This document shows, piece by piece, positions 50,481 through 63,808 of a stretch of DNA of 64,000 bases (the stretch's first letter is position 1; the number at the start of each line of letters is the position of its first letter). Below the pieces are notes generated by a model. That model was not told where the DNA came from. It saw nothing but the letters and a program-made list of their open reading frames with translations, and searched no databases. The translations under genes and the position numbers were made by a program. This stretch comes from Raillietiella orientalis (lineage: Eukaryota), in contig JAYWIR010000040.1 in assembly GCA_036172245.1 (NCBI GenBank), positions 372,001 through 436,000 on the forward strand. The letters are read 5' to 3'.

Positions 50481-53400
50481 GGAGTAGCCGGGTTGAAGCC
50501 TCCTCCTCTTGGGGCAACTGATCTATTCTGCGAAGACGCGGCCGCTGACGTGGTCCGAGGTCTTTCCAGTCAAGCCCATTCTCCGTCTTTTTCAACGTCA
50601 AGAAACCTCAAGAGGCAAAGTGTCGTCTCTCCAGAGTGATGACACACCCTTGGGGAATTTCCAAACGGCATGAGAGTTGAGGAGGACCGCGGAACGTGCG
50701 CACGAGAGGCTTCGATCAACGGATGCCGATGCAGATGACAAAGGTCGAGGGGTGGCGAAGACGGGAGGGGACAAATAAGGAGTGAGGCGACAAGGAACTT
50801 TCTCCTTGGCCTCCCCGTCTTTCTGACCTACGAAGGGTGGGTCCCCGGAGGGTCCTTTCTCCTTCATGGAGAAGGAGCGGTGGATGGTCAGCGGAAACTG
50901 AAGATGGGGTGGGAAGGCAGAATCCACCCATAGGAAGCCCGAGGGAGAGGCAAAACGACTGGGAGGAGGGTGCCTCGAAGATAGAGGAGAGAGAAGATGG
51001 AGCGTGGCCATCTCTCCTACCCCCGTCCGCACCCATCCCTCTGGCGTTCCTCTGAGATGGGTTTCCCTTCCTCCGCGAGGAGGGGAGGGCGGGGGAATGC
51101 TCCTCCCTCTTTCCCCAGTCCGGATACGAGAGTGGGGACCGCAGCCCCGTCACTCTGCGCAGCGCGACAGGAACGCGGAGACGGTTTCCCACCCGTCCAC
51201 GTCGGCGTCCAAAAGAGGGAAAGGGAAAGATGGCTGGCGATTCCCGGGGAAATCTTTCGCGCTTGAGGACCCCACTGTGGATGGAAGGAGATGCTACGAT
51301 TGCCGCCTCCACACTACCCGAGGGGCAGAGTTCCGCCGCCCCTTCCGGAGGTCTCGTCCTGAAATACCCGTGGGACACGAGAGAGGCGAGCCCACGCAGG
51401 AGGAGGCAGAACCCACGCTTCCCCCTCCCCCCTCCATCCATCCTTTCTCTCTCTGTCGCCCATTCTCAAGACGCGCTTCTCGCTCGCCGTTCGCCTTCGC
51501 GCACGGCGGATCACGTAGCTAATCGAGCAGATGGCAGCGCCATCTCTTAACAGCAAGTCAAAGGAGGGGTGGGGGAAAAAAGTGGGGGGAGGGGGAAGAG
51601 GGGGGGGGAGGAGTCAAGGGAACGGCGTCTCTCCTTGTGCGACGGAGCCGACGTGAATGGATGGGAAATCCAGTCTTCCGGCGTCGCCACGCCCCGGTTC
51701 CGTTTCCACCCCGCCTCTCTGGGGTTCCCGTGGAAACCTGCTGCGATGAAGTTTCCCTTCGCCAGGGTCGTCAAGGCGACGACATCAGAGCCTCGGCCTG
51801 CCCGGGGGGAAGCGGTGGGGTGACCGAGAAAAAGGAAAGGAGGGAACCACGAAGCGGCGTGGCCGAAAGGCCGTGGGCGGCGGCGGCGAAACGGAGACGA
51901 CCCGACAGCCGGGACACGAGTTTTGGACACTTAGGTTTGAGATCGGGAGAAGGGCGTAGGTCAGGGAGAAGAAGAGGAAAGTCCAAGACACGCGCTTCGG
52001 CCGGAAGGCGCCCACTCGTCCTCGGCCGCTCATCCCGCGCCACCGCAGGCAATTCCTGCCGCTGTCTACCCTCCTGCGCTGCGCGGACGACCCGCCCTCG
52101 CCTGGACGGCCCCGTGCCGGCGATTCCGCGAACTTTCCCCGCGGCTGGCCCTCAGGAGGGATTGCTGCCGTGCATGGGACGCTCATGTGCACGCTCGGTA
52201 GGTCGCCCTCCCAAGAGAGCAGCAGCGCCGTCATCGCAGTTGCCGGGGTAACGAGCGGGCGAGGAACAGCTTTTCCACTTCAGCGCCGTGCCCTGCCTCC
52301 GGGAGCTGGCAGCCCGCTCATTTCCAAGCGGAACCCGGGCTTGGCCCTCATTTTCCCGCTTCTTCTTCCTCCGCCCGTTGGGTTTTTTCTTCGTGGCTCC
52401 CGCTCAGGTGGGTCGGTTGCCGCCTCGAGTCCCCTCCGGACCCGTTGGGAGAGCGGCTGTTGCGAGCTGCTCGACGGGGGAGCGGGCTGCCCCGCAAAGG
52501 GTCGACACCGCCAGGGGACCTTGGTGCGCGTTTCCGCGGCCCCGCCGCGGCGGAGGGAGCGGCAGGGCTTTGCCTGAGCTCAGCAGCCCGACTCACTTCC
52601 GATGGATTTTTTTTTTTTTTTTTTTGTTCCAGGGCGAACAGAAAAATGACCGATCGGCGGGGCGAGCGCGCCATATTGGTGCGCGAGGAAAAACAATTTT
52701 CGGCGCGTTTCGCCCCTGCTTTTCGCTTCGTGATCTACGCCCGCCTTTCTGCTTCGATCGTGAGCTTTCTGCTCACTTTCCCGTGGCGGGAGAACCTGTA
52801 ATTTATCTAATGCAAGCCGCACGCAGCCTTCGGAGGGAAGCCGAAAGGGAAAGTGAACACTCCCGCGCGGTTCTTCGCTCCCTCATCGTTCGTCCGAACA
52901 CTCCGGGCGCTTTCGGCAGCAGCGAAGTACGGAAAACCCGGGCGAGCAGCTCGAGTCATCATCTCCCAAACCACACAGCTTCATCCCGTCTGATTGCACG
53001 CTTTCAGAGCTAAACAAAATTTACGACGCCGCAGGATCACTCATCATTGAATTAGCGAACGCCTCGAGTATCACTTTACATCGAAGACTTCCGGAAACAT
53101 CTGGAATTAACGATCTCGAATTATTTACGGATGCCACATAAATCGTCCCCCACCCTCCCCCACCCCCCATTTTGGCACTTGGCCATCATGAAGGCCAGAG
53201 ACCAGGAGCGGAAAGACCGGTTCTGCCGTTTCCCAAAAAGCACTCGTGTGTTTCTCGTTTCCTGTCCTTTGCTTTTGCTTTGTTCTGTGCGCGTGTTTTT
53301 CTGGGAGGCGACGACCGCAAAAGCGTCCTGGAGGACAAGGCGCCATATTCCCGAACGACAGTCCCTCCTCCGCTCCCAAACGCACCTGCTTCCAAGGAAG

Positions 53401-53676
53401 ATCCGGAGCTGCGTCGTCCGAACAGCCGGGAAGGCCTCCGAGGGCCAAGCCGAGGCACGAGCGGGTCACCGCGCGCGATGATCGTCTCCCCCAACGTTCC
53501 CGGCGAGTCCTGCAGTGGCGGAGGACCTTGCAGCGGGAGGCGGCGCTCGTCCGCACCGTCTTCTGCGAGAGCGATGGCTCCGGGTTGCCTGGCTGCCCCT
53601 ACATCAATCATCTGCTGGATTCAGCCTTGCGCGGGAAAGCGGCCGTGGTAGTTTGTCAGGGAAGAACGCGGTGCAC

Positions 53677-53697
53677 CAGCAGCAGCAGCAGCAGCAG
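53677..53697. repeat. (CAG)7 microsatellite
   Basis: Read directly from the sequence. Confidence 0.9.
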
Positions 53698-54078
53698 CAC
53701 GCAGCAGCCGCGCCGGTGACGACCAGATGCTTCCACGGCTTTGCCGCCGAACGCTTTTCGCTTCCGCCCGGGAGCGACGTGCACCGTCGGCGCAGACGAG
53801 ATGAGCCCGAGGCGCGACGGATGCCGAAAACACCGAGATCTTGATCTGCCCGAAGAAGGGGAGGCTGCCGAGAAGGGAAAAGAAAGGGGGCCCGAGCGTC
53901 AGGTACCCCTCGGGGAGCAGCGCGTAGGGAAAAAGAGCGAGAAGATCGGTTCTGATGAGCGTCTGTCTGCAGCACAGTCGGGACAGTTTTCACCCTCGAT
54001 AACGCAACGCATCCTGTTTCATTTCCACTTCTTCCTTTTCCCTACGAAGAGGGGCAGAGAGAAAGGGCGCCCACACAG

Positions 54079-54106
<28 letters not shown>
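54079..54106. repeat. (AC)14 microsatellite followed by poly-A
   Basis: Read directly from the sequence. Confidence 0.9.
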
Positions 54107-54111
<5 letters not shown>

Positions 54112-56064
54112 AAAAAAAGGCCGACAGGGTTATCAGGACGCGTCATCTGGTGTGTTCCGCTGGCCGGTCGCCCTGTTTGCAAAGTGCTCTGCTGACGAGT
54201 GGACCAGCTCGCGGCGAGAGCGAAACGACTAATGAAATCCCTTTCCGTCCAGCGAATCTCAAAACGACCGTGCGGCGAAAGGGGGCTGTGGGGGAGCAGG
54301 GAAGGGGGGGGGGGAGGGGGAAAGGGACAAGCAAGCCCCACCTGAGCAAAGAAACAACGCGACCGAAAGACAGCAGCGAAGAGCATTCAGCAGCGGCAGC
54401 GCCGACTCGCCTTCCGAACGGATGCGTTCAGGTCGTCAATTTACTCGGCTCTTTGCTCGATGTTTGCGAATTCTTCGCCCCCATAAACAACTGTTTTTAG
54501 GAAAACACCGCTTGGCAGAGACGGGGAGACGTTGCAGCGGCGAGCGGCGGGATTCAGGAAGGGGCAATCACGAACCACAAGGAGGTCCAGGAGATGAGAG
54601 GAGACGGCGAACGGGGAGGCTTTGAGGAGTCTCGAACGAGAACGCCGTTCTCGCATTCCGACGCGCGTTGTCTTCCCTGGGGGAGGAGGAGGAGGGAAAA
54701 GGGGGGGGGGAGAGGAAACCACGGAAAGCACGTGCCGCCATCTATCCAAGCCTCCACCAACTTGCGAACAAGGGGAAAACCTACCGTCGCCTGCAAGCAC
54801 GGTAGGACTATTGGAAAAAAAAAAAAAAAAAACTCCTCCTCCTATTGAAGAAGCAAAACACAAAAAAAAAAAAAAAAAAAAAAACAGAAGAAGAACAAAA
54901 TTCTGACAGTTGGGTGGACGATTTCGTCTCACGAACGAGCTTCAGGTTCCATGGACCCTATCACGATGCACAATTTCGCGGCATTCCTGACCACTTTGGG
55001 GAGACACCGTTGACTCCGTTCTGCCATGCCTACTTTCTCTTTGCTTTGCTGAGACAAATTCTCACATCCTGTTGTCTGGTCTCGGACGCGATGACCTGGG
55101 TGCTGTGAGGAGCCCCGTCGTTTCTCCTGGAGACGCGGGAAGAAAGGCAGGAAGAAGACGGCACCTCCGTGCTTCCAGATGGAAGTGGAAAAACGTATTT
55201 CTCCGGAACCCTACTCGGTTGACCACCCCCATTTCTTCTTCATTTCGCGATGGGTTTCGATGCTGCCGTGGGTACTTTCTTGACCCAAAACTCACTATGG
55301 GAGAACCGTTTGCTTCTGAACGAACCCAAAAGGAATCATTCAGTCCGTCATCGAAAAAAAAAAAAAAAAATCATGGAATGGCCCTTTCGCTAACTGTTAA
55401 AGCTTGAAAAGAGCGAATTTCCTTTTTTTTTTTTTTTTTTTTGTTTGGAAATAATGCTTCCATAATTAAGTCTTGTGAATGTATAATGAGCAGCGATCAC
55501 ATCCACGCTTTCTATAAGAGAAATCGCTCCTTCACGGGGATGGAAAATTCACAAAACGGTTGGGAGAGAGAGCAGAAAGAAGAAGAAGAAAAAAAACAGC
55601 ACACACTGTTTCAATTTATGCATTCAATCTTTTTATGACGGTTTTGGATTGTATCGTACTCTTTTGAGAACGGCTGCTGATGGGAGAGTTTCCTTTCTGC
55701 CGGAAACCCATTCGCGAATAATGGCGAAGAATGTTTTGGTATCACTGCTTTATAGTAGCGGCGGATACCTTCCCAGAAATCGTCGGAGGATTTATTTTCC
55801 ACTTACTGAACTATAATCCTCATAATAATTACCAAAGCGTGCGAATTCAAGAGAACGAATTCCCAGAATCCGCCTCCGAAGCTGGAAAGCCCATTTCCAG
55901 AAGTCTTAAGGGATGAGACTTTCATAATCCGCGCGTCGATTCCGTGTACTGCAACCATTTTCAATTTATTAACACACATTTCTCCCTCCCCGCTTGCTAA
56001 TCCACAAACCCGCACATCCACCAAGCCGAGTAATTATTTTTTATCTTTTTATTGTCTCTTTCAA

Positions 56065-56094
56065 GTGTGTATGTGTGTGTGTGTGTGTGTGTGT
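56065..56094. repeat. (GT)n microsatellite with one interruption
   Basis: Read directly from the sequence. Confidence 0.9.
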
Positions 56095-56399
56095 TTAAGG
56101 GAGAGATCATTTCGTGGAACCATCGTCGTCACCCGGATGAGATTGTTCCGAATGCTTGGAACGGCTTCTGAATCGCTTTCAGCTGCTTTCGCCTTCAGCT
56201 TTCGGTTGCCACGACGACTGGCATCCCGCCGCGGAAGAAAGTCCCCGCTTGTCCACTGGGCATAAATCACGGGGGATGCGGTCCAGAAAAGACAAAAAAA
56301 AAAAAAAAAAAAAACGAAACAAACAGCTGATGGAGAGAATTTCAGTCGACTCGCCCGGCGCCTCACTTTATTCGATTACAACCGCAGAGGGAGGAAAAC

Positions 56400-56931
56400 A
56401 TTGAAAACCTACGCAAAAATCTCTTGCAGCGGAGTCGGACGGATCTTGCCGACGCCCCGGGCCAGGGGCCCACGGGCCCCGCGGAAACCCGTGGCCAGGC
56501 ACGCCAAAACAGGCGCGCACGGGCGCTTCCCGGCGGCTTCCCCCGCTTGGCGGTGCTCATCGGTGGCCGGCAGGAGGGACAGGGAGTGGACGAGGGGCGC
56601 TCGCGCGCTCGCCGTGAGCCCTCGCGCAGCCTCCGTCCCGTTTCGAAAGTTTTCCGTTGACGCGCGGTGTGGCTGGCAGGGGCGCTGGGCGGCGGCGTGC
56701 GCCCGCTGCCGCGAAACCGAACGGTTCGGGGGAATTTCGGAAACAAAAGAGCGTGGATACAAATGGATCCGCGGTGGAGGGGATTCCCGGCACGCACTCC
56801 GGCGAAGAGGGTAGCGAGGCATCATCGCTCGCGAGGAACGCGTTCCGCGAGATGCTGAACGCCCTCGAAACGAGGGCGGGGGAGGCAAGCAAAGAGGAGG
56901 GGAGTGACAGAAAAGGGGGGGGGGGGACAGG

Positions 56932-56991
<60 letters not shown>

Positions 56992-57203
56992 GTTCCTCGA
57001 ACCGTACTTGCAGTGACATCTCTGGGAGCGTTTTCACATCTCGCCGCGCCTCGATTCGCCTCGACGCGCGTCGGCGTCGTCTCTCCAGCGGTGGCCCGGC
57101 GCGCGCACCCCGTGGCAGGACGGGAGCAGCAGCATATCGCTGCTTTTGCGCCACCGTGGTGCCGCCACGTTACGCGCGGCCGGATGCTTCTTCCCGTGTT
57201 TTC

Positions 57204-57240
<37 letters not shown>

Positions 57241-58629
57241 CCCCCCCCTTCTCCTCCTCCTCTTCCCCTGCTTTTCCTCCCCTCTTCCCGATTAGTGTCA
57301 CGGTGACGGACGAGATGCGACGTCGGCGTCGTGCTCCGGCGGGGTGCAGCCGCGCGGCATAAGGGAGAGAGAGCTCTGGCGGCGACTGGGGAGCCGCCGC
57401 TCATCTGTCGTCGCCGCCGCGCACCCCCTCGCGCGAGCGCGTTTCTCCTGCGGCAGCTCCTTGCCTGCGCCCCTGCTCTCCCCCCCGCACACCCCTACCC
57501 GTCGATCCTCACTCCGCCGTCCTGTCCCTCTCGCGCGCGCGCGCCGCTTTATTTGTTTTTGTTTATCGCCTCGTTCGCCGCTCTCCGGCGCTTTCACTTT
57601 CGCCTGGCGGTGTTAACCGTTTCGCCGCACGCTCCACTGAAGGCGGGAAAAACACGCGCCCGCGCGCGCAACCCAAAGGGGAGGCAGGCGGGGGAAAGGG
57701 AGGGAGAGAGGAGAGAAAAAGAAAGAAAGAAACGAGGAAGAGAAAAGAGGCGGTGCTCTCTGCTTATTTTCTCTGGACATGCGTCCGGCGAGCGAGGCTG
57801 TGCGCTTCCTTGGGAAGAGGGAGGAGTAACGAGCGCGTGCGTGTTAGCGCGCGCGGGCGATGGGACGCAAGGAAGGGGCGTGGGAGGAAAAAAAAAAAAT
57901 AAGGGGGGGGGGAGGGACAGCCGCCCCTTCGTCGCCCACCGCTACAACGCCAGCGGCGCCGCGCGCGCGCGCACCCGCGAGAGAGTTCGCGGCGCGGAAC
58001 GGAAGGGGACCCCTCGTCCTCCTCCTCCCCTTCTGCTCCTGCCGCCGCTTCCTCCCCCGCCGCCCTCCGCCCCTTCCGCTCCTCCGCCCCTTTCCCCGCC
58101 TTTCAGCAGAACGGCCCGGCGGCGACGAGGGCGGGCTGGCGGCGGCGGCGGCGGCTCTTCGCGACGGTCCACCCTCCCCACGCCGCCGCGCCTTGTCCTC
58201 CGCGCGCGCGTCAGCGGAGCGAAGCGCGCCGCTGCGCTCCGCGCGTCTACCCGCAAGCCGCCGCCGGCGCGCCCGCGCAGTTTTCCGCGAGCGTTTCCGG
58301 GAGAGGGTGGTGGCGTCGTCGCGGTCGCGCGCATGCGCGCGAGAGGAGCGCCGGCTGCTCCCTTGCGGCCGGCCGGGTCGCGCCCCCCTCCCCCTCCCGT
58401 TCCCTCCTCGCCCCCGGGCATCTCCCCCCCTCCCTCGATCCAGAATGGGGTCGCGCCGCCGCCCGATTGAAATCCGCTCTTTCCTTCCAGGGGAGACGCC
58501 GTCCGCCCAGCTCGCCCCCAGAGGCACCCGCCGGAAGCGCGGCCTGGCGCCTCCTCCCCGCCGACCCCTGACGCTCTGCCCCCCCCCCCCCCCCCGCTCC
58601 CGTGTCCTCCACTCCTCCTTTCCCGGCAG
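56400..58629. promoter_or_regulatory. CpG-island-like, very GC-rich putative promoter/5' region
   Basis: Dense CGCGCG and GCCGCC runs with (GA)n and (CT)n tracts, immediately upstream of a candidate ATG-containing exon. Inferred from composition only. Confidence 0.45.
56961..57236. repeat. (AG)13 at 56961-56986 and (TC)16 at 57205-57236
   Basis: Read directly from the sequence; the two tracts are complementary. Confidence 0.9.
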
Positions 58630-58668
58630 GTGCTCCCTGTTGCAGCCAGTGCCCCCCCCTCTTTCGCC

Positions 58669-58882
58669 ATGCTTGCCGTCGTGGTGACCTCCGCCTCGTC
58701 GCCGTCTAACGGCGGCTGCGACGCGGACAGCCGGGACGCGGCAGCCGCCCACATCGAGGAAGACGTGGTGGTCCAGCTGGTTGGGAAGAAGGGCTGCTCC
58801 CGCGGGAAGGCGTGGAGGTCACCCTCGGGCAGCTACGAGAAGTATAGGTGCCTGGACGACGGCCACGAGTACTCGCCCGGAG
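58669..58882 (+). CDS. Candidate first coding exon of an unidentified gene
   Basis: Pyrimidine tract with CAG acceptor ending at 58629, GCCATG start context, and normal-complexity peptide MLAVVVTSASSPSNGG...EEDVVVQLVGKK...GSYEKYRCLDDGHEYSP with mostly G/C third positions. Donor GAG|GTAAAA. No family recognised. Confidence 0.45.
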
Positions 58883-61800
58883 GTAAAAGGCTCCCCCCTT
58901 CCCAATCCACGCGCCCCCGCTGACCGACCGCCGGAGGGCACGCGCGCTCGAAGAGCAGGGAACGAGAGGGGAGAGGAAAGGAGTTTCGGACGTTTCCTAA
59001 ATGCCGCGCGGGCCGGTCTGCCGTGGTCGGCGGCTGCTGCCCCCCCCCCTCCTCTTCCTCTTTGGATACTCTTTCTCCTCTTCCTCTTAGGACGCTCTTT
59101 TCCCTCTTCCTTTTCCTCTCGATTCGGGAGGAGGGGGAGGAGCAGAGGAAGGTCTGCGCTGATCATCCGCCGCACGGGGCGACGGGAGGTCATCTCCGTC
59201 TCAGGGGGATCACGCCGCCATCTTCGACTTTTCTCCGGCTGCCACTCCCGCCGTTGCGTTCTGTGAGGTCGCGCAGAGGGTCGTACACACCTGACCCTTC
59301 TCCTCCGCGGTACCCTTGACTAACCGCGCCTTCCTCCTTTCCCCGTCTCCGGGGAAGTGTGGCCATCTCCAGGAGGAGCCCGATCTCTCCTTGGTGTCCG
59401 TGGCTGCCCCCCATCCCTCCTCTTGTCGGCGCGCGTGCTCCCTCAGCAGGCTCCCAGTCGCCGGCGTGGCGAGGAGCAGCGGGGAAGAAGAGAGACTGGG
59501 AAGGAGACTGGTCCGAGCGCAGCCTCTGCGGATAAATGCGCGTTCGAGAAGAGGCGTCCGTCCGGCCCCCCCGGCTCTCCTTGCGCGCCCGGCATGCTGC
59601 TCTTTTTCCGTCGGCACCCTGGTCAAGGCCGTGAAGCCGGGAGGAGGACGGCCCCTGCCGGCCCCCTCTGCGCGCGACCCCTGCTGGCACATTTATCATC
59701 TGCGGGGACCTTCCTGGACAGTGGAAGGGCCCGCGGACGGCCTCCCGATGGACTGCAGGATGGAAGGAGGCCATGGGGAAGCTGGAAGGGAGGGGGGGGG
59801 GGAAGATGCGGCGACGCGCTCACGGCCATGGGGGAAGGGGGGAGAGGAAGCGTTTCTTGGGGGTTTGTCCCTCCTCCTCCCCTCCTTCCCAGAGAGAGAG
59901 GTGCTTTCGTCCACCCACCCTCCCTCCATCCTTGCAGCTCTAGCAGCGCTGTGAGCGGCGGCAGCCGGAAGCTCCAGCACTGCCGCCCCCTCCGCCTTCC
60001 CTGCCGATCTGTCTGTTCCGAGCCTCACGCACCCACGGGACGCCTCCCCTTTCTCCCTCCCCCTACAACCTATCCTCTGCCGGCGACAACCAGTCCCTGC
60101 CCCAATCCTCTATCGCACGCACGTCGTCATGGCGTCGGACGGGCTCCCCAGGAGCGCGATGCCGAAGACTTTTCAGACATTCTCAGACGGAGGACGGAGG
60201 GTGGCGGAACTAAGGGCACCGCCGTCCCCTCCCTCCCTTCCTCTGTTACGCCTTCCCTCCTCGTTTGGTTCCCGTCTCGCGTCCGAGTCCGGGAACCGCG
60301 TGGGTCCGTTCTGGCCCCATTTCGGGTCCTCGACGGGCGCCCGTTCGTCCCGGACGCTCCCGTACGAGCGGAACCTTCCCGGCCCTTTCTTTCGCTTCCT
60401 CCTGTGACCCCTAGAGAGTCTCCCGGAGGCGTAATCTTCCCTCCCCTCCCCCCACATCCCCGAAGAAGGATGAAGGCCAGGAACTGAAGACCCTCGTTGC
60501 CGGGAGGAAGGTGGGGCGGGTGTCCCTCTTCCAAGAGCTCCGGGGATGGCGTGTCTCCCGTGCAAAAGGCCCCGTGACGCTGCGGAGGGGGCGTGACTTT
60601 GTCCCTCCTTCCCCCCTCCCCTTTTTGATGTGGGGTCGACGTCACTGCCGAGGCCACCCCCCGTGCGGCGCCGCTACGGCTAGGAGCAGGTGACGGTCGG
60701 CTTGGCGGGTCGTTTCCTTTCCGGCTCCTCCTCTTTTCCCCACGCCGCCTTTCCCCTTCTCGCCTCCTCGGAGGTCTCCTCGCCACGTGGCGGCCCCGGC
60801 GCCGGGTCTTCCGCCGCCTCGGAGGTCTCGTCTCGGGAAGCGCGCGCGCCGCCTCGCGAGTTTCCCGGAGGTTTGAACTTTGCTTCCCGTGGTGCCTCCC
60901 TCCCGTCTGCAGCCGAGCTTGCCCGACCCTCTCCGTCCTGGGCTGCGTGCACCTGGGTGGTGGGTGGTCGGCGTTTCCCACCTCGCCGCGGTCTTAGCCC
61001 GTGACCTGATGCTGCTGAGTGACGCTGAAGCTTTCCGGCGGCTGCTCCAGGTCGCAGCCCACCCCTGCCCATTCCTTCCCTTCCCTTCCCTGCGCCCGGC
61101 TCAGGTAACTTCCGCGCGTAGCCGCCATCTTGCGCTGCCGGGTGCGTCGCGAGGCGGAGGGTCGCTTCCAACGCCCATCCGCGTGGTTGGATCACGCACG
61201 CGCGGGCGAGCCACTTCCCTGCTACCCTCACTCACGCGCGCGCGGGCCGTGCGTGCTGACCGCAGTCCTTCGCGCAGATGGGGCCTTCCGCCCGAGAGCC
61301 ACCGTCTGCCTTGACGCCGGTGTGGCGCCTCTTCCAGGTTCAGGCGCTCGCGTGTCGTCCTCCGCGAGAGAATCCAAGCTTGGAGCGCGTCCCCTCCCCT
61401 TTCTCCTCGGCCTCCCAGCGGCGAGAGAGGCGGTTGCGCGCTCGTCTTCCTCCTGCTCGAGGACCTGGACGCATGCTCGTTAGAGGCGTGTTCGCTACGA
61501 CGAGCAATCCCCTCCGCTCTGCTTCCGCGTGCTCCCCCCCCCCTTCCTGTCCGTCCCGGGAGCAAGAAGTTCCACCACCTCCGTCTCTGCGTCCCTCGCA
61601 GACGCGCGCGCCCTCCGCCTCGGAGGAGGCAGCCGGCCGCCCCCACCTCCGGGCCGTTCCGGAGCCTTCCTCGAGTAAGGGCGGGCTCTCGTTCTTTCGT
61701 GACCTGGACCCGGGAACCGAGCGAGCGAAGGTCACCCAAGAAGATTTATGGCTCACCGGAAGATTCTATCGCCGTGTGATCGAGAAGTTGGGCGAAGAAC

Positions 61801-62788
61801 TTGAGAATCCGTCCACCGTTCCAGGAAACGCAGGAGTCCGGGGAGAGGAGGAGGGCGAGTCGGGTTTAATGGCCTGCGGCGGGTTCCGTGCAAGATCCCA
61901 CGGGATCCGCACGCGCAGATGCCGTCGGGCGCGCTGCGCGCCAGAAGCTGCGGTACTCGCTCCGCGCAGCACCTTCCCTGTTCTGCTGGCACCGAAACGC
62001 AGCTCGGGAAGACCGCAGCCAGGGTCGGAGCGGGGGGGGGGGGGAAGGCAAGACCGCTGCTGGCTGAAACGCTTGCGGGTTCCCGGGGGTGCGTCGAAGA
62101 GCAGCACCGCGCGGGGAGCTTGGTTTCCTCGGAGCGCAAGAGAGCACCACTCGCTACGCGCGCCTCCGTGTGCCGTTGCCGACCTCTGCGTGCGCCGCGT
62201 TTGTCGAAAATCTCCCCGAAGATCTCTCCGTCGCTCCGGGAATCCGAGGACTCGGTCGAGAATCCGTCGGCGCCCTGCCAGCGCTTTCCCCCCCCCCCCC
62301 CCCCCCTTCCCGTGGTTCGGGTTGTGCCTTGAATTTCATTCGGCACGACGAGTGGCGGTTGCGTTTGAGAATCGATCTTTCCCATCGTCCCCATGTCCGA
62401 AAACGATCGCGTTTTCCTTTTTTTTTTTTGGGTGGGTTCCGTTGTCGAGGCAACCCGGTTCTCGGCCGCATTGTGTATTTGCGTACAAAGGAAAATAGCA
62501 GCGCCCTTGCACCGTGTTGGCAATACTGCGGCGCGAGTGATTAATTTGCTTGTTGTAACGCCCTATCCGCTTCTAAAACACGTGTTCGGATTTCCTGCTC
62601 CAAGACAGAATCAGACTCTTCTGAAATGAAGTCTGCGTTGCCGCAGAAGACCAGCAGCGTATGGCTGGTAATTGCTCTGCCGTTCCTCTCAGTTGATTAG
62701 CCACGCTTTTGTGCATCCACGGTTTCATTTCACCGAAGCGTCCACGACCTTTCCTGGGTTCGATGAAAGGGCCTTTTTTTTTTTTCTC

Positions 62789-62812
62789 CTTCTTCTTCTT
62801 CTTCTTCTTCTT
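62789..62812. repeat. (CTT)8 microsatellite
   Basis: Read directly from the sequence. Confidence 0.9.
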
Positions 62813-63787
62813 CCTCTTCCCCTATTTGGATCCTGCAAATACCTAGAAGATAAGAAGAAAGGAAAAGGGTTGTAATTGTGAAGTTTAGTAGATTAGTGAG
62901 CACGGTCCCCTGTGATAGAGCTGGTAAGCCTGCTGCTTACCGGGGGAATCAGAGGACGCTGTCAATACCCGTCCATCGAAGGCATTTTCTCTGTTCAGAG
63001 CGTGAACCCAACGTAAAGCCGAGATCTCAGGGTACTTTGAGATCTCGATAAAATACCATCTCAGTTCGAAAACGTATTTGATGCCTACATCAAAGAACTA
63101 ATGCTTCGAGAGTCAGGAAAAAAAAAAAAAAAAAAGAAAGCAAGAGGAAAGGGGAGGGGGAGGAAAAAACAGAAATTCAGATTGAATGCAGCGTCAAGAG
63201 ATTGTAAATTATGCATTTTCGTCAACTTTCGTTATCAAATTAAGCGAGGAGGGTTTGATTTTGAGCCATGTGCGAGGAGTCCCAAAATAAATCATTCAAA
63301 ACACTTGAGTATGGAACGGTTGCAAAAGATGCTTCCAGATCGTTGCATCATGGCAGCAGTGTTGATGGAATGCTGCTGGATCCTCGAAGGTTCCATCGGG
63401 CTGAGGAGGGAAAGTAGTGGATGTGAAGCTGTTCCCAAGAATCGAACCCTGGAGAGGGAGAAGAAGAAGATACAGTGGAAAGAAGGAATAAAAGGAAAAA
63501 AAAAAAACTTGAAAGCACAGAGAGACTCGCCATAGATAAGAGGTCGCTTCTTTTGATGGAATGAAGAATGCCAACCAAGCAAAATTAAGGGGGCAACGAG
63601 TTCTTGGAAAGATGCGCGGGAGAACACAAGGAGTTCAGTACTTTGAAGTTCAACCCAACGGCACACAGTGTGGGGACCAATGAAGGAATTCAGTATTCGC
63701 CATTCTCAAGATGAGTGTCTGAAGCAACCATCGAGAAAGGCATCCCGTGTTTCTGAGGAATTCTTCGCGTGTGTGCTTGCCGTCGGA

Positions 63788-63808
63788 GCTGCTGCTGCTG
63801 CTGCTGCT
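63788..63808. repeat. (GCT)7 microsatellite
   Basis: Read directly from the sequence. Confidence 0.9.

Noticed and set aside
53515..53844. Poly-Q/poly-A peptide HQQQQQQQHAAAA suggesting a transcription-factor exon
   Set aside because: Only a (CAG)7 tract; no convincing splice sites or flanking domain.
46467..62523. Long ORFs of 240-406 aa (e.g. 46467..47603, 56409..57404, 57331..58470, 59357..60487, 61278..62498)
   Set aside because: Low-complexity Arg/Pro/Gly/Ala translations open in several overlapping frames and running through microsatellites, as expected from high GC. No domain recognised; SKGGLSFFRDL near 61.68 kb may be another LINE scrap.
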